Positions 41,439-53,096 of a stretch of DNA of 64,000 nt are shown here, in pieces. Each line of letters begins with the position of its first letter. The stretch's first letter is position 1. A program made the translations under genes and the position numbers. The DNA is from Chrysomallon squamiferum (taxonomy: Eukaryota > Animalia > Mollusca), in contig CM022677.1 in NCBI GenBank assembly GCA_012295275.1, forward strand, positions 2,356,001-2,420,000, given 5' to 3'. The notes below the pieces were generated by a model. It did no database searches. It had not been told where the DNA came from and saw nothing but the letters and a program-made list of their open reading frames with translations.

Positions 41439-44400
41439 ATGATTTTGTCTATAAATGTAAACGGACTGAGAGATATTGAGAAATTAAATTCAGTTTTTGC
41501 AACTATTAAAAGTAAACATGCAAATATTATTTTTCTACAGGAAACATTTTGGGATAATGACTTCATTGAGAGATATAAACATTTATGGGAAGGAAATATA
41601 TTTTATAATAATTGTCCAAATAAAAAAAGAAGGGGTGTAGCAATACTGGTATCAAAACGAATGTCCTTGTAAGTTTACATTTAATAGTTGCGACACTGAA
41701 GGCAGGATTTTAAAAATTAATACGAAAATAGATGAAGAAGAATACAGTTTTATAAATGTATATGCACCAAATAATATTGAAGAAAGAATTTTATTTTTTA
41801 AAGGATTATGTAAATTTGTGGATTTAAAAAATACAATAATGGCAGGAGATTTTAATGAAATTTTAGATCCTAATTTAGATTTAGGCATTAATAATAAAAC
41901 TTTCAATATGAAAAGTAGTAATGAATTACAGTCAGTTATTTTTAATTATAATTTAGTTGATATTTGGCGACACAGAAATCCAGATAAAAGGCAATTTACT
42001 AGATCTCAAATAGTTGAAAAAACTATAAAACAGTCAAGAATTGATTTATTCTTAATTTCTAGAAATTTATTACAGTTTATAAGTAATGTATACATATCCT
42101 ATACCTCAGTTAGTGATCACAATTTTTTATCACTTAAAATAGATTTTTCTCATGTAGAGAGAGGTCAAGGTATTTGGATCTTTAATAATGAATTGTTGAA
42201 AGATGAAAGTTTTTGTAAAGCTATTATTGAAGTTATTAATAATGTTTCTGAGTGTCCTTTGTTACAGACTGAACCTAGTGTTTGGTGGGACAACTTAAAA
42301 TATAAAATGAAAACATGTGCAAGAAATTTTGCAATAAAAAAGAGAAAATCAGATAACGAAAAATATTATAATATACAAAATGCTTTGAAACGAGAATATG
42401 CTAAACTAGCTGTAAATAATCATCATGATTTGAGTAACATACAAATTTTAGAAGAAAAATTAAAATTAATTGAGAGATCTAAATGTAATGGTGCTATTTT
42501 AAGATCTAAAGCTCATTGGAATCTAGATATGGATAGAAATACCACGTTTTTTCTCAGTTTAGAAAAATCAAAACAAGAATCAAATTCTATTAAAGAGCTA
42601 AAAACAGTAAATGGATTAACAAGAAAAACGGAAGATATATTACAATATGCTTATGACTTTTATTCAAAATTATTTACACAAGAAAATGTAGATATTATTA
42701 AACAGGAAGAAATAATAAATTTAATATCAAATAAACTAAAGGAATCTGAAAGTGAAAACTGTGAGAAAGACATTACAATTGAAGAATTAACTGAAGCTTT
42801 AAAAGAAATGAATAGAAATAAATCACCTGGTTTGGATGGTCTAACAGTAGAATTTTATGTTAAATTCTGGGAAAATTTTAAAAATTTCTTTCATAAAGTA
42901 GTTATGTCAATTCAGAAAGAAGAAATGTTGTCACGTAGTATGAAAAAAGTAGTAATTAGTTTATTTTACAAGAAAAAAGGAGATAAAGCAGACCTAAAAA
43001 AGTTCAGACCTATTAGCCTTTTAAATGTAGATTATAAAATTATTGCTAAAGTTCTTGCAAATTGTCTTAAACAAGTAATGTCAACTATTATTTCATCAGA
43101 ACAAAGCTGTTGTGTAAAAGGAAGAGATGTTGCTGACAATATTATGTCAGTAAGAGATATTATAGATATTGTCGAGTTAAATAATACAGAAGGGTATAAA
43201 GTTAAAATAGATCAAGAGAAAACTTTTGACACAGTATCATATAGTTTTATTTTAAAAGTTTTGAAAAAATTCAATTTTGGTGATAATTTTATAAAGTGGA
43301 TTAAAATACTATATAATAATATAAAAAGTTGTGTAAAAATTAATGGACATTTAACACCTTTTTCTAATATTACAAGAGGTGTTAGACAAGGATGTCCAAT
43401 ATCAATGATGCTTTATGTTATTGTAGCTGAACCCTTAAATAAATTAATTAAAAAAAAGACATAGCATGAATGGAATTAGAATAACAAATGAACTTAATTC
43501 TTTATTATTTCAGCATGCAGATGATACTACAGTAACTGTCTGCGATGCTCAGTCAGTAGAAAATGTTTTAATACAATAAATATGTATTGTAGTGCTACAG
43601 GGGCAAAAGTCAATGTAGATAAGTCAGAAGTACTTTATCTTGGTAAAACCATGATTGAAAACTTATCTTTTAACATTCCAATATCAATAAATAAAAACTG
43701 TGTTAAAATTCTAGGCATATATTTAGGACCAAATAAACCATTATGTGAAAGATTGAACTGGAAAAATAAATTAGATAAAATGTCTAATTTAATTAACTTA
43801 TGGAGTCAAAGGAAACTTACTTTACACGGAAAAGCTGAAGTATGGAATACTTTATTAACATCTAGACTGTGGTATATCATTAGCGCAATAAATGTACCAA
43901 ATTGGGTAGAAAATGAAATTCATAAATTATTTTGTAAATTTATGTGGGAAGGAAAAACGCATTTAATAAAATATTCAACAATAATTGGAAATAAAATGTC
44001 GGGTGGACTAAATATTCAAGATATTTCATTAAAGAAAATGGCTTTTCGTATAAAAATGTTAAAGAAATATTTTGATAATAATTTTAAAAATGTGTGGAAA
44101 TATACAATGTCAATATTTCTTGAAAAATATATGAATATGAATCTAAATTATGACATTTTTAAAATAGTATACAGTAAAGAAGCTTTAAAAGTTATCAATC
44201 CTTTTATGCTGAAATGTTATCAGCTTGGGACTATGTTAATAATGGAGAACGTAATTTCCCACTTGATACAGACGAAATATTGTCTCAGCCACTTTTTCAA
44301 AATCCATTCATTAAATATAAAAACAAATTATTATTATTTAGTTCTTTTATAAAAAGTGGAATAGTCAAAGTGGCTGATATTGCATATGAAGTAATATCAG

Positions 44401-45287
44401 GTTTTCTTCCTTTTACAGCTATTGTAGAAATTATTCATGAAAAATCTCCAGAATTATCCAAAAACCAAATTTATATAGCTTACAATGTTATTAAGAAATC
44501 ACTTCCAGATGAATGGAAAAGTTCTATTAACAGAAATGCTAAAAAATTAACATCTAATAAAGATTTATTTTTGTTTCAGAATAATGAAATGATAAATGTC
44601 AGTAAATTTACAGTTAAAATAATTTATTCTATTTTAATTTTAAAAAACGTTAAAGCACCAACTTGTGAAGAAAAATGGAATGAGCTTGGTTTTAATATAT
44701 TCTGGAGACCAGTTTGGAAATGGATACACTATAGTGATAAATTTACTGAATTTATAGACTTAGGTTTTAGAACAGTTCATCATATAATATATACATATAG
44801 TAAATTATATAAATATGGCAAAATCTCATCTAGTGTATGTCCAGTGTGTTTGAAGGATGATGAAGATTTGTGCCATTTATTTTTGTATTGTGAAGAATTG
44901 AAGGAATTAATATCAATCTTTCATGAAATATGTATTTATATATTTAAGAAAACAGGGTTTTCTCTAGAACAATTAAAAAGATTATTAATATTTGGATGTT
45001 ATCTCAAAATTGAAAATAGTACAATAGAATTTATTAATATTATTCTTTCAATTTATAGAATATCAGTGTTCAAAAGGCGTGTAATAGCTCAAATGAAAGG
45101 AACAAATATCAATATAATACATTTTTTTAGAAATTATATGTATCAGTGCTTTAAAATCATTCTAAATCAATATCGTATTCAAAACAAACTTTCAATTTTT
45201 ATTAACAAATATGTTAAGAACAATATTTTCCTAGAACTAAAAGATGACATACTTATTTTCAAATATCCTTTGGAAAGCTACAAATAA
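41439..45287 (+). pseudogene. Retrotransposon ORF2 (APE endonuclease, reverse transcriptase, C-terminal CCHC); frameshifts near 41660, 43455, 43570 and 44210
   Basis: APE motifs: SINVNGL, FLQET, NVYAPN, AGDFN, SRID.FL, SDH. RT motifs: KSPGLDGL..EFY, FRPISLLNVDYKI, IDQEKTFD, RGVRQGCPIS, FQHADDTT, ILGIYLG. C-terminal CPVC....EDLCHLFLYC. Confidence 0.92.
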
Positions 45288-45498
45288 TCAATATAGATAT
45301 ATCATGGAAATGGATAAAAGAATTAATACTATAAAATACTGTAAATATATATGAATATTCCGAATAAATAAGTATGCGTGCATGTGAGTGTGACTGAGTG
45401 TGTGAGAGGAAACAGTTTTTATTATTGTTATTTACAGTTTTAATGTTATTTTAATTGTGTACAACTGTTGATTATATTAATAAAGATAAAAAAAAAAA

Positions 45499-45596
45499 AA
45501 AACACCGGTTCTCGTCCGATCACCGAAGTTAAGCAACGCAGGGCTCGGACAGTACTTGGATGGGTGACCGCCTGGGAACACCGAGTGCCGTAGACA
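45499..45596 (+). rRNA. 5S rRNA: 5S rRNA gene, 3' part (nt 22-119 including the duplicated target) with the internal Pol III promoter
   Basis: AAAACACCGGTTCTCGTCCGATCACCGAAGTTAAGCAACGCAGGGCTCGGACAGTACTTGGATGGGTGACCGCCTGGGAACACCGAGTGCCGTAGACA; 3' GCCGTAGAC pairs with 5' GTCTACGGC. Confidence 0.96.
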
Positions 45597-45602
45597 CGCC
45601 TC

Positions 45603-45730
45603 TTTCTTTTCTTTTCTTTTCTTTTCTTTCTTTTCTTTTTCTTTCTTTCTTTCTTAATTTCTTTCTTTTTTTCTTTCTTACTTTCTTCCTTTCTTTCTTT
45701 CTTTCTTCCTTTCTTTCTTTCTTTCTTTCT
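45603..45730 (+). terminator. T-rich / (CTTT)n tract after the 5S gene (Pol III terminator plus microsatellite)
   Basis: TTTT runs start about 10 nt after the 5S 3' end. Confidence 0.6.
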
Positions 45731-45794
45731 TATTTTAAGAGCAACAGCAAGAGCCAATTGACATCGGTAGCGAGTGTGTGCGTGGGCGCAGGTT

Positions 45795-45994
45795 TTGGAG
45801 TGACCGTGTTGTGTATGTCTGATTGTGTGTGTACGTATGTTTGTTATTTCAGAACGCGCCTGTGTGTGTGCGTGTGCGTGTGTGTGCGTGTGTGTGTTCG
45901 CGTGCCGGTTCGAAAAAGGTATCTTCCAACGTAAAATTGAATTGCGAGATCACGACGGCGCGATAATTAATGTATTTTCATTTCGATTTTATTA

Positions 45995-46053
<59 letters not shown>

Positions 46054-47450
46054 GCCATCGTTATCGTTGTCGTTATTCAGCGCACGCAATAAGAAGAACG
46101 AAGATAAATAGACGTCGGTTCGTCTTTTTTTTTTCTTTTTTTTTTTTTCTTTTTTCTTTTGTTTTAATTTTTTTATTTTCAGGCATTCACGCGCCAATTG
46201 CCTCATTTTTCACGAATAACCTACCCATTTACAATTGACCACGTTCTCTTTGAATATTAAAATTTATTTTATTTTCAATAAGCTGTTTCTTCTTTTGTTT
46301 TTTATGATTTAATTTTATATTCCTCATGTTTGTTCTTGTTGTTGTTGTTTTTTGTATTTAGTGTTTATTGTTTCGAATGAATATCTAAAAAAAAAAAAAA
46401 ATAAAAAAGAAAAAAAAAAAAAAAAATAGATGGGGAAATTGTTACCACTGAAAGCCTAAATTTGTAAAAATGTCTGGCAGACATTAAATTCTGTCTTAAT
46501 TGAAAATAACGACGATTACGATTTAATTTATAAAATGATCCGACACGTTGTTGTTGTTGTTGTTTGTTGTTGTTGTTGCAGTTAGTCAGAAAACATCTTT
46601 ACGAATGGAAGATCGAGCCCACTCCACAGACAGATGTGTTTTTAGTGTGCGTCGGTGCCGTGGACTCGGTCTTGCATGCGTTTTTTTTTGTTCACTGCAG
46701 CAAAACTAACTCATTTATTAAACGTATTGAACCCTGTTGAAAAAAAAAAAAAAAAAAAAAAAACAAACAATTTTTTTTTTTTGGCAGCACCAAGTTCAAA
46801 CTAAATCCATATAGAATGATTTTTGGAATCAAGCACACAAACGTGGCGGCAACTTTGCATCGAATTTAGAGATTATTTTTCTCTGGTAATTTCGACGACT
46901 ACACGAAACGAGAATTATTAGAGGGAGATAAGCCGTGTAAGGAAATGAAGGCTGTGACAGTGGACGGATGAAACCCGATGTGTTTTTTTTTTTCTCTCGT
47001 CATATATATATATATATATATTTTTTAAAATAACGACGATTTTTTTTAATTTATTTATTTATTTATTTATTTTTTTTATTTTCTTTTTTTTTTTTATTTC
47101 TTTATTTATTATTATTATTTTTTTTTGACAGTTTTTTTTTTATTGGTGCCGTGGACTCAGTCTTGCATGTCTGATTATTCACTGTACGTATGTTATTGAA
47201 CCCTGTTGAAAAAAAGCAAATAAACCAAAAGACAAGTCAAACAAAATCCATGCGTGTGTGAATGATTTTTGGAATCAAGCACACAAACGTGTGCGTCGGC
47301 AACTTTGTGCGAATTTAGTGATTATGTTTCTCTGGTAATTTCGACGACTACACGAAACGAGAATTATTAGAGGGAGATAAGCAATGTAAGGCAATGGAGG
47401 CTGTGACAGTGGACGGATGAAACCCGATGTGTTTTTTTCCTTTTCTCTCG

Positions 47451-47484
<34 letters not shown>

Positions 47485-47870
47485 CAATTATTTTTTTGTT
47501 AATATTTATTTCTTTATTTCTTTATTTATTTTTATTTTCTTTTTTTCTTTTTTTCTTTCTTTCTTGCTTTCTTTATTTTTTTTGTTTGGAGTGACCGTGT
47601 TGTGTATATCTGATTGTGTGTGTACGTATGTTATTTCAGCTCGCGCCTGCGTGTTTGTGTGTGTGTGTGCGTGTGCTGTGTGTGTGTGTCTGTGTGTGTG
47701 TGCGTGTGTGTCTGTGTGTGTGTGTGTGTGTCTGTGTGTGTGTCTGTGTGTGCGTGTCTGTGTGTGTGCGTGCGTGCGTGCGTGCGCTTTCAAAAAGATA
47801 TCTTCCAACATAAAATTGAATTGCGAGATCACGACGGCGCGATGGTGAATGTGTTTTCAATTCGATTTTG
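45795..47870 (+). repeat. CpG-richer region downstream of the 5S gene with internal duplications (45795-45990 ~ 47585-47870; 46655-47000 ~ 47145-47460); possibly 5S spacer-derived
   Basis: Matching blocks tttggagtgaccgtgttgtgtat..aaaattgaattgcgagatcacgacggcgcgat and ggtgccgtggactc..gtggacggatgaaacccgatgtg. Confidence 0.7.
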
Positions 47871-47889
47871 TTGTTGTTGTTGTTATTAC

Positions 47890-48120
47890 CTTATTGTATC
47901 CGGATTGTATTGAGATCAGATCACGGACTGTCCGAGAATATGACTGTGTGTTTGTTGTTGTTGTGTTTTACCCACAGCATGGCTCTTTTGAACGGTGGAA
48001 TCTCTGTTTTGTCAGTTTCTCTTTTGATCAGGAAAGGTGTGTTTATTGTTGGTTTTGTTTCTTTGTGGTATGCCGGCAGTGGCATTTCCCCTATTCCTGT
48101 TTCCCTTTCGATTTCGCTAG
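47890..48120 (-). mobile_element. Fragment of an RNase H-bearing LINE (I/Nimb-like) at the segmental-duplication junction
   Basis: AMLWVKHNNNKHTVIFSDS resembles the RNase H VIFSDS motif; the preceding segment resembles the RT-RNase H linker. Confidence 0.45.
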
Positions 48121-48441
48121 CTGTGACTTGTAATAAATAAAATACAAATACACAAGAACAAACAAACCCAGTTATAAATATGCAAGCTTTTATGAGATCC
48201 ACAGTGTAAAATTATGTGACCAACATTTACAGTGTTATTTAGACACACGGGATTTCACTATACAGTTATCTTGCGTAGATGACAAACATTTACACTGTTA
48301 TTTAGACACACAGTATTTCACTATACAATTATCTTGCCTAGATGACAAACATTTAGTGTAACTCAGTTTATTAAATGTAGGCAAATACACAGATCTAAAT
48401 AAAACCATGTCCTGTATTTAGTAGATTAAAAATATTAATGT

Positions 48442-48480
<39 letters not shown>

Positions 48481-49989
48481 TGATGATGATGATGATGATT
48501 GATGATGACAATTTATTTTAAAAGATAGAGATTATCTTATTGATATATGTATACATAGCACTACATTTAGCTAAATGAAACTACATTAACTTAGATGAAA
48601 ACTGAAAGTAGTAAAATTTTATCGACATTATTTTCATTTAGATATAATCTAATATTTTTCTACCTAAATAACATTGTTTTCTGGATTAATGTCCTTAATA
48701 TTATCATCAACCTAAAATTATTCAAAATGATATGTCTTAGAGATTTCTATATGGTTTAGTTTCTAACTTGATAACTGAAATCCACTTTTAAAAATTTCTT
48801 TAATAAAATCTGTACAGTTATAAATAATCATTATGCATCCATTATGTATGCAAATAGTAAAACAGTGAAACCAAACACTAGTTCTATAGCCATACATTTC
48901 TGAAAACCATCTTCAAGGATTTCTGTAAGAAATTTATTGAAACAAATTTTATTAATATATTAATATTATATTTATCTTTTATTAGGGATGAGATTTTCTT
49001 GGTGTGTGTAAAAATGTAAAAAGTTAATTTAGGTTTCATTATTAATGAAATTGTTGTGAATTGAGAATCATGTGTATTGTAGAGACATGATTGCTCATCA
49101 CAGTTTTAAAATGGTGACTTAAAACTGGTTAATTAATAATAATAATAATAATAATCATAATAATAATAATAAAAATATACAATAATAAAAATAATAAAAA
49201 AAGAAGAAAATATTCCTGCCACCAGTTTCTGGTAACAAAAACAGAACATGGTTTTTACTGAATGAAGTTTTCATGAGTTTTACTTTGAAATACTTGTTTC
49301 TTTCACATTTAAAACTATAGAACTTAAATTCATCATGAAACACAACTGGAAAATTCCACAGGTATAAAACACAACTCTTTTTTTTTTAAATAAGTAAGTC
49401 ATTTATAATTAAGAAGCAATAGACAGTAGCACATTATTACAGGATTAAATCAGTTTTGAATGCAGAAACTGTGATGCAGCCTGATTAATCATGTTAAAAA
49501 TATTTCCCATCTGAAAAAACTTGCAGCTAACAAACAGTGATTTGAAATATCACAAGCTCATTCTAGATTTTATTTTACACCCTATGAATTAAAGATCTCA
49601 ATATTCAGAAAATGATTACTTATAAACTTGCAGCTAACAAACAGTGATTTGAAATATCACGAGCTCATTCTAGATTTTATTTCACACCCTATGAATTAAA
49701 GATCTGAATATTCTAAAAATTATTAATTATTTTAAGCTCATCATTTCTAGATTATATATATCCCAATTTAAATGAATAAAAATATTTTTAAATTAGCATA
49801 TTTAAGTAAGCATCTGTTAACTGGCACATTCAAATTAACATTTTTACCATTGGCGTATTTATATTTTAAAGTTGAAATTTGCTTGTATAAAATTGTGATG
49901 TTCTAGTCAGCATATTTAAATTAGCATGTTTCATTAGCATATTTAAAATCATCTTTAAAACTGCACATTAAACCTGAACTGAAATCAGC

Positions 49990-50300
49990 TACTTTTACTT
50001 TTATATCTACATATACCCCAATTTTTTTATATTATACTTTTATTTTATCTTTATCTCTACATATACCCATTTTTTTTATATTACTTTTATTTGGTTTTTA
50101 TCTCTACCTATACCCCATTTTTTTATATTACTTTTATTTTATCTTTATCTCTACATATACCCCATTTTTTTATATTACTTTTATTTGGTTTTTATCTCTA
50201 CATATACTCAGTTTTTTATATTACTTTTATTTGGTTTTTATCTCTACATATACTCAGTTTTTTTATATTAGACTTTTTTTTTCACTACATATACCCCATT
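49990..50300 (+). repeat. ~42-44-bp minisatellite (atctctacatataccccattttttttatattacttttat) ~7 units; ~3 units at 22455-22572
   Basis: Direct reading in both duplication copies. Confidence 0.8.
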
Positions 50301-50490
50301 TTTTCTCTCCTTGAAATCATTTCTTACTGATTTTCATATGTACTACTTTAACATGGTTTTGTTTCAATAAAATATAAAATTCTAAAATCTGAGTGAAAGT
50401 ACAAAATCTGATTTTCTTTATGTGAGACTTTACCTTCTTTATGAATAACCAGTAGACACCATGAAATGAATGTATATATATATATATATA

Positions 50491-50556
<66 letters not shown>

Positions 50557-51510
50557 TTCCTGCAACCAACCAGCTGTCAATCACTTTCTGAAACCAATAA
50601 TCCATGTATGATTATCACTGATCCATTTTTTTCTAATCACCGATCCATCTTCTAAATACTGATCAGTATATTCTAGACATTTATCAGTTTGGGCTAACCA
50701 CTAACCCAATGTTTCAGAGACCAGCTTCCTTGATATTGTCAGTGCTTATTGGAATATCAGTTTTATATTTATGTAAATAAACATTTGAACTAGTCATTTT
50801 TCACAAACCATAACAATGTCTATGATAATAATAATAATAATAATTAATAAATACTTCATTGTGTTTTTTTAGTTAATTTAGTTCAGTTAAAGAGAAAATA
50901 ATGGACAGGAATAAATATGTAAAAAACTATTAACTGACATATAAACATTATTATTATGCATAAAGCAGTCATCAAAGAAGAGGTTTGTTTTAGATAGTGT
51001 CTGTTTTACAGAGGTTGTCCAATATTGGACAAATTACAGATACTACAAATTTGGACTAATAAAATCTGGATTGCTAATACAGTGACTGCTGTAGCAGATT
51101 TAACTGTGTAGTAAATGAACAAATTAGTGACTAGATATAAAAAAGTAGTCAGTGAATAGAAGCAAATAAGATAAAATTGAAAAACAAGCCAAATATTTAA
51201 AAGTGAAAAATTTAAAAATGAAAGAACAATTCAGGAAATTATTAAAAATAAATAAATAAGGAAATAAAGAAAATAAAAAGATGAAAAGAAAGAAAAAAAA
51301 AGTTAATAAAAACTAAATTAATTAATTAATAAAAGTTTCATCTCCATGACAGCAAGAAAATTTGTGTCTATGTTACTCTATCATGCAGGAAGTTTTATCT
51401 AATATTAATTTTAAAATTATTTTTATAATGATGCAGTTGTGAGAAGATATTTTTAAAACAAGTGAACTGAATGAGGAGGAAAGGTGGATGTGTTTTAAGT
51501 AAAAGACTTA

Positions 51511-53049
51511 CAGGAATGACAGGAATCGGACAGGATCTCGAGACATTTGGGCAAACTCTTCTGCAAGCTCTTGGAAAGATGGACGGCTTTCTGCATCCAA
51601 CCTGAAATTTGTTTTAATAATCTAAAAATATCCTGAGTGATTTCAACCATGTAATACCGGACACACACACACACACAAACACAGTCTCACATACACAAAA
51701 ACACACACACTCTCTCACACACACACAAAAACACACACTCACACAAATACACACACTCTCACAGAAATATACAAACTAAACACAGACAAACACACACACT
51801 CACAGAAATATACAAACTAAACACACACAAACACACACACTCACACAAATACACACACACACTCACACACACTCTCACAGAAATATACAAACTAAACACA
51901 TACAAATACACACACTCTCACACAAATATACACACAGAAATACACACACTCTCACAGAAATATACAAACTAAACACACACAAATACACACACTCTCACAC
52001 AAATACATGACGATGTCTATTACAAGGGTACTTACACTTGATCATGATGATGTAGAAGTAGATGGAGCAGATTGGAGGCTGTGGCAGTCACTCTCCACTC
52101 TTCAGGAAATGGAGAACTTCGTGGAGGTTGTCGTATCGTGTTTGACCAAACATAAACAGTTCCCACACAGTGACTCCTGAACAACAACAACAAAACAAAC
52201 AAAAAATATTTTAAAAATGAGTCACATCCATCAGTTTCAAATTTGTTTACATTCTGTATCAGTAAAATATTTTTACTATCATAAAGCAAGAAAAATTAAG
52301 ATTCAGTACATCGTTAATGAACCTGTAATATAAATTTTCATACTTTATTGTTATTAAAAATTAGTATTAAAAAATATTAATTTCAAAATGACCCAAAGTA
52401 AGAGAAATGTGTTATTATATATATTTTTCATTTTACAAACAGGGATTAAAATTGATGCATCTTACATATTCAAATGTCATTTCTGCATTAAAATTATATA
52501 AAAAAAAAAAAAGATAAAAAGAAGGTTATACCATAACTCCAGATATCAGTTTTGTGTGTGAATATTCTGTCCAGAGCTAACCACTTGATTGGCATCTGAA
52601 ACAGTGAAAAAGAATAAAATCTCGTTTTTCATATATTTTCCAGTTTGTATATCTGAAATTTAATCTTTTTGAAATTTCAGCACATCAATGATCCCAATTA
52701 ATAAAAAAAAAAATGAATTAAGACTATTCCAAGTTTCAGTTTGTAAGTTCCCTATTAATAAGAAAATTGAATTTCAACTATTCAGAATTTCAGTTCTTCA
52801 ATGTTCCCTATTAATAAGAAAACAGAATTTTTTTTCAATATTTAAAATCTGAATTTGAACCAATTTATCAGTGTTTTTGATTAGTGAGAAATGTGAATTA
52901 CTTCTGTTCCACTCACTTTTCCACCACCAGCTTAGTACTCTTCCTCATTGTAATCAAAAAGTTTAGCTAATCCAAAATCTGTGATCTTCACCTGTTTCAG
53001 GGTTTGTACTGTACAAAGTTAAAAAAATTAAATAAATATAATTTCAGTG

Positions 53050-53096
<47 letters not shown>

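Larger units (their letters stand above)
39928..45498 (+). mobile_element. Full-length Tx1/L1-group non-LTR retrotransposon inserted in the 5S rRNA gene
   Basis: ~80-bp 5' UTR, zinc-knuckle ORF1, APE-RT ORF2, ~200-bp 3' UTR, AATAAA (45479-45484), poly(A), and an 18-bp TSD AAAACACCGGTTCTCGTC (39910-39927 / 45499-45516). Confidence 0.93.

Noticed and set aside
45446-45934. ORFs overlapping the 5S gene
   Set aside because: Spurious translations of 5S rRNA and the (CTTT)n tract.
45600-48120. U1/U2 snRNA or tRNA genes linked to the 5S gene
   Set aside because: No recognisable snRNA 5' ends or tRNA cloverleaf found by eye.
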